Positions 40,909 to 54,479 are shown, counted from the stretch's first letter. The stretch is 64,000 bases of DNA from Octopus sinensis (GCF_006345805.1 NC_042997.1:95976001-96040000), one strand, 5' to 3'. The notes: generated from the letters alone by a model not told the origin. Translations and numbers: made by a program.

Positions 40909-41440
40909 AGTGATGCAAGCAATAGCAATAGTAACAGCAATGTTATTATTAATATTAACAATAGTCAGAACACTAATAATACAATACCAGTTGTTACCCA
41001 CAATGTTACCCCGACACAACTCTATATGACCTGTGATTGTAGAATTAACAGTAATTGTGTATTCAATAGTAATTGCATTAGAAAATAAGTAGTATATCAA
41101 TGTGTAGTAAGTACACAACCAGGTAATAAGGAGCAACCCAGAATAATATGAAACATAGAATTAATCACCAGAGGTACACATTTAGAAACGGAATTAAGAG
41201 AAATTCAACGGGATTAAGCAACTATATATGAGAAATTAAGGATAGGAGAATCGATTACAACCTACATTGGAAGATATTAGCAACAGTACCAGCGTATAAA
41301 TGGAAGAAAAGGAAATGCATATGTGTAAATGAAATTGTCTTCAGGATTAAAACCAACCTTCCGTTTGATAATTCTCTTAAGGAGAATTCTCTTAAGTTTG
41401 TTGCCTTCACAAGGCCAAGCGCACCTTCTCTAAACACCAT
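40909..41440 (+). mobile_element. Penelope-like GIY-YIG endonuclease region (3' part of the interrupted ORF)
   Basis: SDASNSNSNSNVIININNSQNTNN..MTCDCRINSNCVFNSNCIRK*VVYQCVV, then in another frame HQRYTFRNGIKRNSTGLSNYI*EIKDRRIDYNLHWKILATVPAYKWKKRKCICVNE. This matches the PLE H..SFR..NST.LS.YIW.LK..Y.I.W.IL..Y..K.C.LC..E pattern. Confidence 0.75.
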
Positions 41441-41700
41441 TAGTGCCGGTTATTTAACTCCCACTAGTACTAGCGCCCCTCCTGATAATAACATTATTCG
41501 TCTTAGCAATAACTTCCCATATGCTTCCACCATGTAATGTTTGGTATACGCCACTAATTCGCTGCATGTTCTTGCTCTTATCATTCTCTCTAGTTTGTGA
41601 CTAACCACTCCAAGTATGGGTATATATAATTGAGTGTATGTATGAATGTATGTATGTATTCATACTTGTGCAGGTGTATATATGTATATACATACATACA

Positions 41701-41732
<32 letters not shown>

Positions 41733-42686
41733 AGAGAAATGACCACTAGGTGGAACTCCTTATATCCTAAATGTAGACCACATATGTATGTAATATGATT
41801 TCCTGAATCTTCAGATTTTTTCAATATGCTAGGCCACTGGTTTAAATTCATATTAATCAAATCAATATAAAATTTTGTTACACTTATTATTTAAATTTAA
41901 ATAACCAGCAGGTTTCGATGCGAGTATTTTCCGGCTTCGGTGCGCCAAAACGAAGACATTTGAAAAATACCCCAAATATGATTGATAGAACTGTATCCAT
42001 GTTTTCTCTCGACAGGATGTCCTGTGTATAGTTCTGCAAATTATATTTTCTATGGCGGTCGCATTGATGTTTTGCAGACATTTACGTATGTAAATGGTAG
42101 CAATGAAATATGGTGTGTAAGCAGTCATTATATTTTGTATATTTTCAATTCTCTTGCTTGCATTACGTTCTGGCGTATGGCGTATGCCATATTTTCTTGA
42201 GAACAATTTTTCTTAGTGGTTAGACCATATGGGGTCTACATTTAGCATATTAGGAGTCTACCTAGTGGTCGTTCCTCTTATATGTATGTAATATAACTTT
42301 GTGAATCTTCAGATTTTTCAATACGCTAGGCCACTGGTTTAAATTGATATTAAATTAATATCAATTTTTTACCCTAAATACCTAAATTTATATATATATG
42401 TATATAGGTACCAGCGATTGTAAGCCCATTTGTGTTTGTGAGAAACTGTATATATGGAGATATATATGTATAGGCATGTGTATGTGTGTCTGTATCTACG
42501 TCTGTACATATGTTTGTGAGTATATATACATGTATATGTATGTATATATATATATGTGTGTGTATGTATATATATGTGTGTGTATATATTATATATATAT
42601 ATAGACATATGTAGATGTGCGCATGCACACACACACACACACACACACAAACATATATATATACATATATATATATATATAAATTT

Positions 42687-42806
42687 TTTCACCAAGTGTT
42701 CAGTATGTAAAGGACCATTTAAGGCGAATTCAAAATATTACATTATATAATGTAATATTTTGAATTCGCCTTAAATGGTCCTTTACATACTGAACACTTG
42801 GTGAAA
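42687..42806. repeat. Perfect 120-bp palindrome (60-bp arms, no spacer)
   Basis: TTTCACCAAGTGTTCAGTATGTAAAGGACCATTTAAGGCGAATTCAAAATATTACATTAT|ATAATGTAATATTTTGAATTCGCCTTAAATGGTCCTTTACATACTGAACACTTGGTGAAA, centre 42746/42747. Confidence 0.95.
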
Positions 42807-43305
42807 TTGATTAATTAATTAATTTTACCCTCAATTGTTGATATATAATTCATTTCTCTCTGTCATACTGCCTCGGTTCTCGCGGTTAAAATATAATGTT
42901 TGCTAGATAGACCACGTGGGTGGAAGGGGATTGCAGGAATTTACGCCTGCGCATTTTGAATTTGTTGACACTGTTAGTTGGAGTGGTTCATCTGAAGCGA
43001 CAAGTTCGCTGATAGGTAAAGTTCCTTCTTTTTAGTGTTTCCAAATCCAAATTAAGAAATTTTGAGCTGACGAAAGAAATGCTGATTTTATTTGGCTAAT
43101 CTTGAAACGTTGACGTACTCAAACGATCTATGTGCTTGTGATATTTTTTCTGTATTTACCTCCAAACCTTCGTGAGCTGTCTGGAGTAAACATTATCTGA
43201 GAGAAATTTTCTTTAAGTAGTAGAAATGACTAAAAAAATTTTTTTGGCTGCTATTTCTACTAAGTTCAGTATGTGGCAAAGTAATTTATTTTACTAAGCC
43301 CTAAT

Positions 43306-43383
<78 letters not shown>

Positions 43384-43387
43384 TGTG
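43306..43387. repeat. (TA)n(TG)n microsatellite
   Basis: Read directly from the sequence. Confidence 0.95.
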
Positions 43388-44409
43388 AATGTGAGCCAGT
43401 ATGTATATGCATGTATATAGATGTGTGTACACATGTATATGGATGTGAATATAGTAGTATAGGTATATCTGTGGGTTTGTTAATATATGTTCGTATGCTT
43501 GTTTGAGCGTGAGTATAGATAGGTACTGAGAGGAATACCCCGTTACCTTTATCTACCAATGGTATGTTACTCCATACTCCTATTAGGAATATTCTACATA
43601 AACCTAGCTCATGCACGAATCTAAGAACCCTTCACCTACGAACATTTTAGGAAACACACACGTGACTACTTTCTCGCACTTACTAGGACAAAGTAACTGA
43701 AATGCACTCTAGCACTAAACATAATAAACTAGCACACCACCCAAAAATATATATAAATATATATATATATATCCATGTAACCACTTTCTTTTAACAACTT
43801 CTAAAAAAACACATAATTAACACTATAACGCATTGCCACTCCTTAAACACTTAATATTTAATATTCTATATCTTACTAGTATAAGTTTAGCACTGAATAA
43901 CTACAGGTAAGCACAACAAGAAGATACATACCGTTCTTGTAAACTACTCTTATTCTTTTTCCACTCTATTTCAAAAATTTCAAACACACTGTAGATATTA
44001 CTAGCTGACTTTTATATCTGTTAGCCCCACCAACAACTTAGACCTTCTGAAGAAGCCCAATGGCACATTCATTATCCAAGCCTTATCTGCTCATTCCAGC
44101 AAAACACTGAAGAGATGGAGATAACCTGGAAGATTGCGTTGTCTCTTGGCAGAAATGGCCGTAAGGAACTAGCACCCGCATACCCATTCGGTTCTGGTGA
44201 CAATCTACTCATTTGCTCAATTACTCACTTGTTACTATATGCTTATATGCTTCCACACCCTTGTTTATGCAATTACCAACTTTTTCTACTAGATGATTTG
44301 CACTACTATTACATGCGTGTGGATTCATCCAATACATTGGAATAAATAGACATACTGGAATATTTACCAGCTAGTGTCTGTCGATTTTATATCCTCTCTA
44401 CTTTCTTAC

Positions 44410-44413
44410 ATAT

Positions 44414-44465
<52 letters not shown>

Positions 44466-44562
44466 ATATATGTATGTATGTATGTATATGTATATATATA
44501 TATATATGTATGTATGTATATATATATATTATATATATATATATATATTATGTATGTATGTA
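44410..44562. repeat. (TA)n/(TATG)n microsatellite
   Basis: Read directly from the sequence. Confidence 0.95.
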
Positions 44563-45679
44563 GGCATGCATGTATAACTGTATAGATACACAAGTATAGT
44601 TATAGGTACACATCTGTGTGTTTATCTCTGTATGTGCATGTGTGCATAGGTTGAATAAGCATAAATGTAGACAATGTAAATTTACAACTTGTGTATTAAT
44701 GAATGAAAATTTCACAAACTTGATCAATTCTCAGCTAATTAATTTTTTCATTGTTACGACTCGCAGGAATTCCCTTAATTACTTTCGAATCCAGCATAAA
44801 AATAGTAACAGAAAACTATTTAAAAATATATATATGAAATAGTTGAATCCAGGTAATTTATGAAATGCTGTCATGGTTATTAAAATACATACACTGTTAC
44901 CCTCAACCACATTTCATTTGTAAAGAGTGTTTTGGCCGACCCGACGATGTGGCAGAATATATAAAACCATTGACACTGCACAGAAAAAGTGAAACCGATA
45001 ATATTTCCTTCTAATCAAATCGCACAGCCAAGCAATAACATTAGCTAAATTTGTCTCAGTTATCTTATCGCTGTCGTTCATTTCCCTTGTTAATTTAAGC
45101 AAATAACTTTTAACTTCATTTGAACTATAAGGGAACTCTCATCAATCATCACCAAAACTGGATATATACTGAACTTTGTATGAAAGTAAATGTGTATTTG
45201 ATGTTTGAGAGACTTAACCCCTAAAAGTGTCTAGGCCTCCCAATAGATACCATATGATTAACAATTATTACTCCCCGTACCCCTGACAAATCTCTCTTTT
45301 AAATCACATATTATGTATAATTACTAACTGTCAGTATCCAATGATTCTGAAGAGAAAATTAGGTTTTACAAATAAAAAAGAGCATCTCAATAAACTCCCG
45401 AGAAATGTACTTTTGAAGTGTCTTTTAGATATACACATCCATGTCAAACACTCGTATATATACAACGATGAGTGATATACTATCAAATTATGCTTTATTA
45501 TTTCATTTATTATCCCCAGAACATTTCCACAAAACAATATACGTATGACCAAAGTATAAAGGACATATAAGTATATATATATTTCATGTCATTTTGTAGA
45601 TTAGCGTACATATATGATATAAAATAACTCTTCTCAATTTGTAGCTCTTCATACTGTTTAACAATGCACCAAGTAATAC

Positions 45680-46479
45680 TACAGGCACAAGGCCTGAAAG
45701 TCTTGTGGAGAGAGGTAAATATTTAATCAGCCCAGTAAGTTTAAAAAGGTAAAATCGACCTCAGCAGAATTTGAACTAGAAGAAGCGCGGCAAATTCTTT
45801 TGCCCAAAGTTCTAACAAGTTTGTCGGGACGTCCTCTTTATTCATAAATTATCAATAATCCTGTAAACTGAAAGTCATACCAAAAATACATGCATAAATA
45901 TATAATTATTCTTTGTAATATGGCACAAGGCCTTAATTTTCTGGGACGGAGGTAGTCGATTACATCGACCTCAGTGCACAACTGGTACGTATTTTAATGA
46001 TTCCTAAGTGATGAAAGGCAAAGTCTACCTCTGAGGCATTGAAACTCAGAATATAAAGATGGACGAAATTTCGCTAAGCATTTGCTCGGCGTACTAACGA
46101 TTCTGCCTGCTTCTCCCCTTTATTCGCAAAGTAATAACATTATTCTATGAGCTACAATTATAAAATGTACTTACGTAATACAGAATAATGCTTGCTTCTA
46201 GTATATGTTCAAGTGCATCTAATACCATAGAACCAGTACTTGAGTAGTTCACTATTTTTATCGATTCTAAATTTATAAGAAGAAAATTTGGCCTTGGCGT
46301 GATTCGAACTCAGAACAAATACAGGCACTGCATTTGATTCAACGCATTAACAATTCAACCAGATTACCACACTAATAACGATTGGCACAAGGAAAGCACT
46401 TTTATTGGAAAGGATTTATTCAATTATATCCACTTAGAAAGGAAGTAAGACACAACCTACCGATTTTGATAGCCCACTG

Positions 46480-46539
<60 letters not shown>

Positions 46540-46847
46540 TAATAATGATAATAATAATAATAATAATAATAATAAAGGTTTTAAATTTTGACGCAGAGGC
46601 AGCAAATTTGGGGGAGAGTATAAGTCAGTATCATCGACCCCAGTGTTTCACTAGTACTTAATTTATCGAAAGGATGGAAGGCAAACTCGACCTTGTCAGA
46701 ATTTGAACTCAGAATGTAGCGACAGGTGAAATACCCTTAAGCATTCCATCTAGCGTGCTAACGACTGTGCCAGCTCACCATCTTAATAATAGTAATAAGA
46801 GGGTAGATCTCGGCGAGTGATTGTAACAAACATGCAGATTAAAAGTA

Positions 46848-46890
<43 letters not shown>

Positions 46891-46918
46891 TAATAATAAT
46901 ATAATAATAATAATAATC

Positions 46919-46986
<68 letters not shown>

Positions 46987-47190
46987 CCTTTCTACCATAG
47001 GCATAAAGTCTAGGGTAGGAAAGAAAGAAACCAGTCAATTACATCGACTTCAGTACTTGACTGCTATTTATTTTTTCAACCCTGAAAGAATGAAAGGTAA
47101 GGTCGATTTAGGAGGAATTGGAACTCAGAACGTTAAAACCTACAAATTGCTGCTAAGAATTCTCTCCGGTGTGTCAGTGATTTTGCTATA
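45680..47190 (-). mobile_element. Cluster of about five co-oriented SINE family C copies interleaved with (AAT)n
   Basis: The core AAAGG[CT]AAA.TCGAC....GAATTTGAACTCAGAA recurs near 45745, 46015, 46280 (weak), 46675 and 47092. (AAT)n lies at 46484-46575 and 46848-46986. Confidence 0.8.
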
Positions 47191-47639
47191 GACAGAGAGT
47201 TGAAGGAGATTGGAATGAAATGTCAGAAGGTTTGCCTTTTGAAAGATCATCAGAAGTGTTTTGCGCACTTAAAAGCCAATTAAAATTATGTGGATATGTG
47301 AGGTAATAGATATTAACCCGCTACCTACATAAGTCCTACCACGAATAAGACTAATTCTGATTGAAGTTGAATAATGATAAAACTTTCTAAATTAGTCATC
47401 AAGGGCTGACTAAAACATACAGGGCTCAAGAGAAAGATTTATCGTGGAACTATATAAAACAGGTAGAAAAGGAAAATACCAGAAAGAAAAATAATCAAGA
47501 GAAAAGATTTTTTTTAAATCAAGAGATGAGGACTACGATGTCTGTTCGTGAAAATCCTACAAAGCCAGAGTCAGCCTAACCAGTAAGGCATGATCTACCC
47601 TTCGATGTATAGAGCCATATTTGATATCGGTGTCTACTA

Positions 47640-48080
47640 AGACGTCGCTCATCACACTCATATAATTTTTGATTATTTTGCTGAATACCGACATTTCTTC
47701 CTTCAATTTAATTTCGTTTTCAGATGAAACATAAGGATGTTCGTGAGAGATAGGTCAAAGAAGATGTCACCATTCTTTCGCCTGTCGCTCCCAACTAAAA
47801 CATGAGCGGGACAACTTTCGCAATGAACTCATCCGATAGCTAAGGCCAATCAAAACTCAGACGTGGTAATGGACGAATGCATACAGCGCTCATCTGAGAA
47901 AGTTTAGATGAAGGCACTCCCGTGCTTGAATTAGTTTATCGTGAATCTGCTGTGTTCTCATTACTAGGCCATATATTTCTGGAAATTATCCAAGGACGCA
48001 GTCTGATATTCATTGCTATCCAGAGTTTCTTCGAGAATGTCTTCGATATTTTCCCACCGGTGATAAAGTAGAGAACACAA
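47640..48080 (-). mobile_element. Possible very old mariner relic
   Basis: Only scattered minus-strand matches (FITGG resembling ITGDE, LNFLR, PAH) among many stops. Confidence 0.3.
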
Positions 48081-49944
48081 GGTAGACCTGTTGAGGCCCG
48101 TATTGCTTAAATTCTAATAACACATAATGGCTACATAGTATAGCAGCTAATTCCATTCAACATACAATGATTAGATGCACGCACACTCACACAAATACCC
48201 TTATGTATCATCATACACTCGCACACACACATACGTACACACACACATACACACACATACACACACATACACACACATACACACACACGTATATGTATAT
48301 ACGCATTGTTTATGTATATCCTATGTATATATAGATATATGCAAATATATGTCTATACATAGACACACACACCACGCTACACGACACACAACATATATAT
48401 ATGCATACTGTTTATGTATATTCTATGTATATATGGGGATATGTACACACACACGTGCGCGCGCGCGCGCGTGTCTGTGTGTGTGTGTGTGCGTGCGTGT
48501 ATAAGTGTAAACAAGTGTTTGGAGTTTTAATCACACTGAAATAGACTATGTACAAATATATAGTAAACATATTCGATCCGATGTTACACGAATTCACGAC
48601 TTTTTTCCTTGTCATCACAGTTTCGCTTATGTTTTCGTTGTCCCCATCATCATGAAGTGAAATATTGATTGTTGTGTGTGCTAGCACATGCATCAGTTCT
48701 TCTCTATGTATTCAAATTCACCTAGAAGAAAATTGGAATGTGAGAAGGCCTGGTATTAAAATTAAACAGTATCTTCCCTGTTGATATTGCAATTTATAAT
48801 TCTGTATTCATCGCCTTTATGATATTAATCACATCACCTTTAGTGAGATATGCTCGTGATACTATTATGCTGAATGTCCAGGGATCCCTATATGTGGAGC
48901 TCAGTGTGTGTTACGTTTTTGCTTGTGATGCATTGAACTGTTGCGACAATGGTAAGTAGACAAGTACTTAAATGAAATGAATTCTAATCGAAATAGTTTT
49001 CATCTACTTGATGCGAGATCATTTTCAGTGTTAAGAATGATTGATGATAAACATGAAATCCATTGTTGCAGCAACTATTATAATGTAACGCATAGAGCAT
49101 TTTGTGAGTTGTTGATGCTAAATTCTCAGCACTACTAAATCAGCTTACCAAGTACAATGTTCATACATAAGCTCCAGGTTTAGGCACACAACCTGTGATC
49201 TCGTTGTCCGACGATACATGCATCATTCACTTTCGTTCTGATACAAATATAATGTTATGAGTGCTTTTGTGTTTTACTGTCTATAAATACTATGAGTGAT
49301 TGAAAGCATTGTGGCTGCGTTCCAGCAATAAAACTTTTCAGTTTATAGATCTCCTACGCTTACAATTGAATATTTCTAACTATACCTGAGCTTAATTGTT
49401 ATTCAACATATGATGTGGATTATAGAACGGTCCTTGAATGAGAGTTGCTGTCTAGGGTAGATTTGCAGTTTATACTCTTTTTTTTTTATATATAAACACT
49501 TATATATGCATTGAAATATTTTTCTGCATCGACAAATAACATTTGAATGAGAGTAATTAACAATAACACATGCCCACCACAAAAAAATTCAAGATTCAGA
49601 TTTTACTTACCACATTTCTGTAGGAAGTATTTTGCCTCATGATATACGGTTCTGATATAATTACAAAAATGATAAATCGAAGAATAAAGGAGCTGACAAG
49701 ATTCTTATGGATGGATATACGACTGCAATGAAGAGACCTAAAATAAATAAAAATTGTAGTCATTAACAGAAAGAAAAAAATGTCCATAACATTATATTTG
49801 TATCAGAACATGACACCATTCTATTTATAATTGCCTTTGTCAGTGAGTATCTCTTTCTCGTTAAACACAAACACACAAACACGCATACACAATATATGTC
49901 TGTGTGTGTGCGTTTGTGTTTGTGTGCGTATGTATGTATATTTA

Positions 49945-50125
49945 TATATAAAGGGAAAGTTTACGAAAATAAACAAAAGACGAAGGCAGGTGGTGTACAA
50001 ACAAACAGATGTATTAGTATAGCGCTCAGGAATAGAAAAAGCATTTTACGTTACGAGCCTACGCTCTTCTACAGAAAGGAACACAGAAAGAATCAAGGAG
50101 AGAAACAAGGAGAGAAAAAAAATAC
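49945..50125 (-). mobile_element. PLE pLTR-like fragment with hammerhead-like motif
   Basis: The reverse complement matches 13318-13520. Motif CCTTT-CTGTAGA-A-GAGCGTAGGCTC-GTAA-CG-TA. Confidence 0.7.
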
Positions 50126-50144
50126 GTGTGTGTATAATGTGTGC

Positions 50145-50458
50145 ATGTATGTATGTATGTATGTATGTTTGTATGTATGTATGTATGTATGTATGTATGT
50201 ATGTATGTATGTATGTATGTATGTATGTATGTATGTATTACTCTAGCATATTTTGAGTCTGTAACGAAGATAAAAATTATTAAATATTTGCAAGAAAATT
50301 GTCTGATAAGCTGTAAATCGAAATCATAGATAAATGCAACATCTACGTATATAAATTATATTGTTTGTGAGAATTCGACCAGTAAATGAGTCTTTAAGAA
50401 TGTCATATGGAAAAATTCTAAATGTGTGTGTGTATTTATATTTATGCATATGTGTATT

Positions 50459-50493
<35 letters not shown>

Positions 50494-50496
50494 CAT

Positions 50497-50575
<79 letters not shown>

Positions 50576-50625
50576 TTATGTATATATATACGTATGTATG
50601 TATGTATGTATGTATGTGGGCAGGT
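50145..50625. repeat. (TATG)n and (TA)n microsatellites
   Basis: Read directly (50145-50238 and 50455-50625). Confidence 0.9.
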
Positions 50626-50639
50626 ACGTATGTAGGTAG

Positions 50640-51150
50640 GTGATATTATTCAATTTAATTTGAAGATTTCTTGCCAATAGAGAAAGAGCCGGTTTCTAGC
50701 TTAGATCAAAGACTCCTTCATTGGAATTTTACCAATATTAACATGGTATTTGTTTTAGATATGTGTGTATGTGTGCAATATTTGTAGTCAGTGCGTGTGC
50801 ATATCTGTATGCGTCATTTTATGTATGTATTCTCATGCATATACTTGCATATCTAGACATGCTCATATATACTTAAAACATAAGCTTCTGGTAAATTTTA
50901 CAAATTTTACATTTCCCCTGATGTCTTGAATCTGTAGTCTTGGAAACAGTTTTCTCCTTTCGTTAAGAAGCGTAATTTCTCAAGATTGGTGCTTAGGTAG
51001 TGTGTCACATATCCCAGTGACCCAATAATTCCAGGTAGAATCCTGAATATGTAAACCGGGTGTTGTATCGGTAGATTCTTCAATAGTTCTAAGTAGGTGT
51101 TTTCTTTTTCGCTGATCTTTAGATTTAAGTTAACACCTGCTGGGGAGATA
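50640..51150 (-). mobile_element. RLE-type non-LTR retrotransposon 3' end, same family as the 29411 array
   Basis: Shares AGATTTCTTGCCAATAGAGAAAGA.CCGGTTTCTA and TAGACATGCTCATATATA. Upstream minus-strand pieces VNLNLKISEKE and (I)LPGIIGSLGYV resemble an RLE C-terminus. The 3' end abuts (TATG)n. Confidence 0.65.
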
Positions 51151-52238
51151 CATTTATGAATGTATTAAGATTAACCTGCTTTGATATTTCATTCTGCAGA
51201 ACTGTCAGTTCAAGTCCATTTGCATTTTTTGCCTGATGTACAAAATACGAATGCAGAGTATGCAAGGAATGATAGATGAATAAATCGATACAATCTCTCG
51301 ATAGCTTTTGTTGGCATTTTGATGAAAAGAAAACCATTTAAATTATAATAAAAGGTTACTATAAGGTTATGCTTATTATGAGAAGCTGAGTGACATTAGA
51401 ATTATATACATAGTATAATAATAGTTATTGCTTCTAACATAGGAACATTAAATAGATAAATGTTATAGCAGCTAGGCAGAATCGTAGATCATCGCGCAAA
51501 ATATTTTGTGGTGTATGGTATGTCCCGCTATGTTTCCTTTTTCAATCCTGCCGACTTTATCTAAGCCATTAGTTCTTCTGGTGTTGGTAAATCCATTAAA
51601 TTAATCAAACTGAAGTTTATTAAATCGGTAATACCCGCTTTGGACATGAAAGCTTATATCATATCTGGAGTCATTAATTACTACGCTTTACTATTTAAAA
51701 TATTAAAATTGTTCTTTCTTCTTTCAGCGTAACATGTTAAAACAATTTCGAAGATATTAGTTTATCTTCAAGGACACTTCACAAGGTTTCTTCTTTTGAA
51801 AACGTGATTGTCTTTTAATCCGTTCGTTTATTTTCCGACAAAAATTCATATTTAAACTGCATGTATTCGGTGATTAATTATGCATGTGCGTGATTGTGGG
51901 ATTAAATTGCGAAGTTGGGCACTTTCCTTACTAACTCACAAAAGTTGCAGCAGAACCTTACTGCTTTTGTACCTAACTAAGGCGAATTAGATAATTTCTT
52001 GGCCAAATAGAGAGAAACATTTCATCGCAACTTTACACGATAACAAAATTATCGCATACATTAAGGAATAATTAGTAGCTTGGCACAATCATTACTGAGT
52101 TAGCCGAAAATAATTTTGCTATTACGTGATGGCTCTTAATCCCGTAGTCAAATTTAGCTTTGCTTCTGCCGAAATCGGTGAAATAACTTAATTTAATCAA
52201 ATATGCACTTTTCATATATATTCATTTATATATATATA

Positions 52239-52394
52239 CTAGCAGAAGCACCCGGTGTTGCCCGGAAATGATTTTTTCCTTATATATTGGAAGAAAAAAG
52301 CAAAATATGTTGAATAGAAAATTGTAATTCTAAATTCAATTTATTCTTCATTTGGGATATAACTTATTAAATGGGAAATCAATTCATAATGCAA

Positions 52395-52466
<72 letters not shown>

Positions 52467-52503
52467 TAATAATATTGAGAAGAAAAATAATAATAATAAT
52501 TAT

Positions 52504-52555
<52 letters not shown>

Positions 52556-52566
52556 TTGAGAAGAAA

Positions 52567-52600
<34 letters not shown>

Positions 52601-53215
52601 TAATATTGAGAATAATAATAATAATAATAATAATAATGATAATAAATGAAAATACAAAATTTGCCACTTTTGCGAAAAGAGATAAATTCTACCACGTATG
52701 TTGAAGGAAACAGCTTCTGGATAAATAACATTCTTTGTTTTCTGGCTTGGTGCATAGACAAATAAGTCTTGCAAACTACCTACCCCGGAGCAACCAACAT
52801 AAAGCTGACTATGAGAATAGCAAGCCAATAGATTTCAGTTCACCTTGAACCATTGCATAATTTAAGAGGATCTAAAATTTTTAGAAGCATTATTGTGACT
52901 CCTACATTCAGAAAAAGTTTATGTGGAGGAATTCCAGATAGCTCAAGAGAATTGAGGAACTCTTTTGGGTAAGGTCAGCTTGATTTTCATCAAGGACTAA
53001 ATCAATTGATTTGTATTCCTTAATGACTGCTGGAATCTTATTCATTGATTCATATTAACCTTTGTTATTGTCTCATTTTATTGTAGCCAGAATTGCCATT
53101 GCACATAGCTATTTATGTGAATTATTATTATTACTTTAGTCTGGAAATACGCTGTTCTTCAATTTACTATGATAGCAATATGAGCCAAACTGATATTACC
53201 GTTGCCATCAAATGG
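52239..53215 (-). mobile_element. Helitron 3' relic (PIF1-like helicase C-terminus, hairpin and CTAG end)
   Basis: Minus strand YPKEFLNSLELSGIPPHKLFLNVGVTIMLLKILDPLKLCNGSR and CYSHSQLYVGCSGVGSLQDLFVYAPSQKTKNVIYPEAV, with an internal deletion between them. Terminus CCGGGCAACACCGGGTGCTTCTG-CTAG|T. Confidence 0.9.
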
Positions 53216-53421
53216 TACTTTCTCATTTCATAATTGGATGAGCTAGGTTGAAAATTGTTTTGCACATTGGTCCCCATGTACTAAAGCTCGCACACACAAA
53301 CATACAAAAACACACATCTGCGTGTGCGACATAACTACAAATACATAGAGTTGAACACGGCGTGCAAAACAATATGTGCGAGTTCAAAACGAAATCAAAC
53401 ATGGGTGTGTGTGTATTTGTT

Positions 53422-53456
<35 letters not shown>

Positions 53457-53500
53457 GAGAGAGAGAGAGAGACAGATAGACAGACAGAGACAGAGAGAGA
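53422..53500. repeat. (GA)n microsatellite
   Basis: Read directly from the sequence. Confidence 0.9.
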
Positions 53501-53893
53501 TAGCATTGCAAATAGTGAATGAAATGAACATTGAAATAAAAAACATATAAAAAAAAGCACATTGAAAACTATCTTGTACCGAATATTTAAAATTGTGAAC
53601 TTATTAAATATTTCTTCCAGCAATCTATGGTAGTTGTTTAGAAACAACGAACATTAAAATAGAGACTGAGACATTTTTACGTCAATGCCGGAAGTTTTTA
53701 AAGAAATGAATAATAAATATAAAGTAATATTTTTTTTAAAAAAAAAATCAAATGAAGAGCCTAACATATATCCGAGGTCAAATTATTAGTGCATCACAAG
53801 TATGGAAGCAATTGGTGAAGCTGTTTTTACGTGAAAAGCGAATACACACCCATCTCTATTTTATATATATTATATATATATGTATATATATAT

Positions 53894-54098
53894 AGCAAAT
53901 AAGTAACAAATATATCAAGGTATTAATGCATTATTAGATCAAATGGAATCGCCTGAAATGGCCGTATTGCGTTAATACTTTGACATCCTTCTTACTTATT
54001 TGCTTTTTATTCATCCTGCATCGAGCTCTGCGGGAAATACCGGACTGACTTGGTGCCTCATGTGAAGTACCTTATTCAAATTACTCTTAATTATTTCG

Positions 54099-54100
<2 letters not shown>
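53894..54100 (+). mobile_element. Terminal fragment of the PLE family seen at 1891-4842, between (TA)n tracts
   Basis: GAAATGGCCGTATTGCGTTAATAC..CTTACTTATTT and AAGTACCTTATTCAA align with 4794-4842 and with the reverse complement of 1891-2030. Confidence 0.6.
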
Positions 54101-54156
<56 letters not shown>

Positions 54157-54479
54157 ATTTGAGGTGTGTCCCTGAAAAACTTATTAGAGCCCGTTCATCC
54201 TTAGAAATCCCAAATATCCGGTTCTGTTTTTATGTTATGCTACCAATTCTAGTCTTAGGTATACCTCGTGCGTGAAAATAAAAGTTTAAGAGTCACCGTT
54301 TGTTAGTTTCAAAGAAGCCAAGGATATAATAGCATTGGAATCAAAATTTACTTGCGGAGACGACTAAATTTCGCCCGAGGAAATACGTATGGATCTTATT
54401 GTATTGTACAGGTAAATCGTTACCTAATTTAATTTAATTTTAATTTTAATGTAAATTTAAATCCTATACATATACTTCC

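Noticed and set aside
48690-48735. Possible minus-strand terminal exon (TTTTCTTCTAG|GT GAA TTT GAA TAC ATA GAG AAG AAC TGA)
   Set aside because: Too short, no recognisable homology, and such acceptor-like sites occur by chance.
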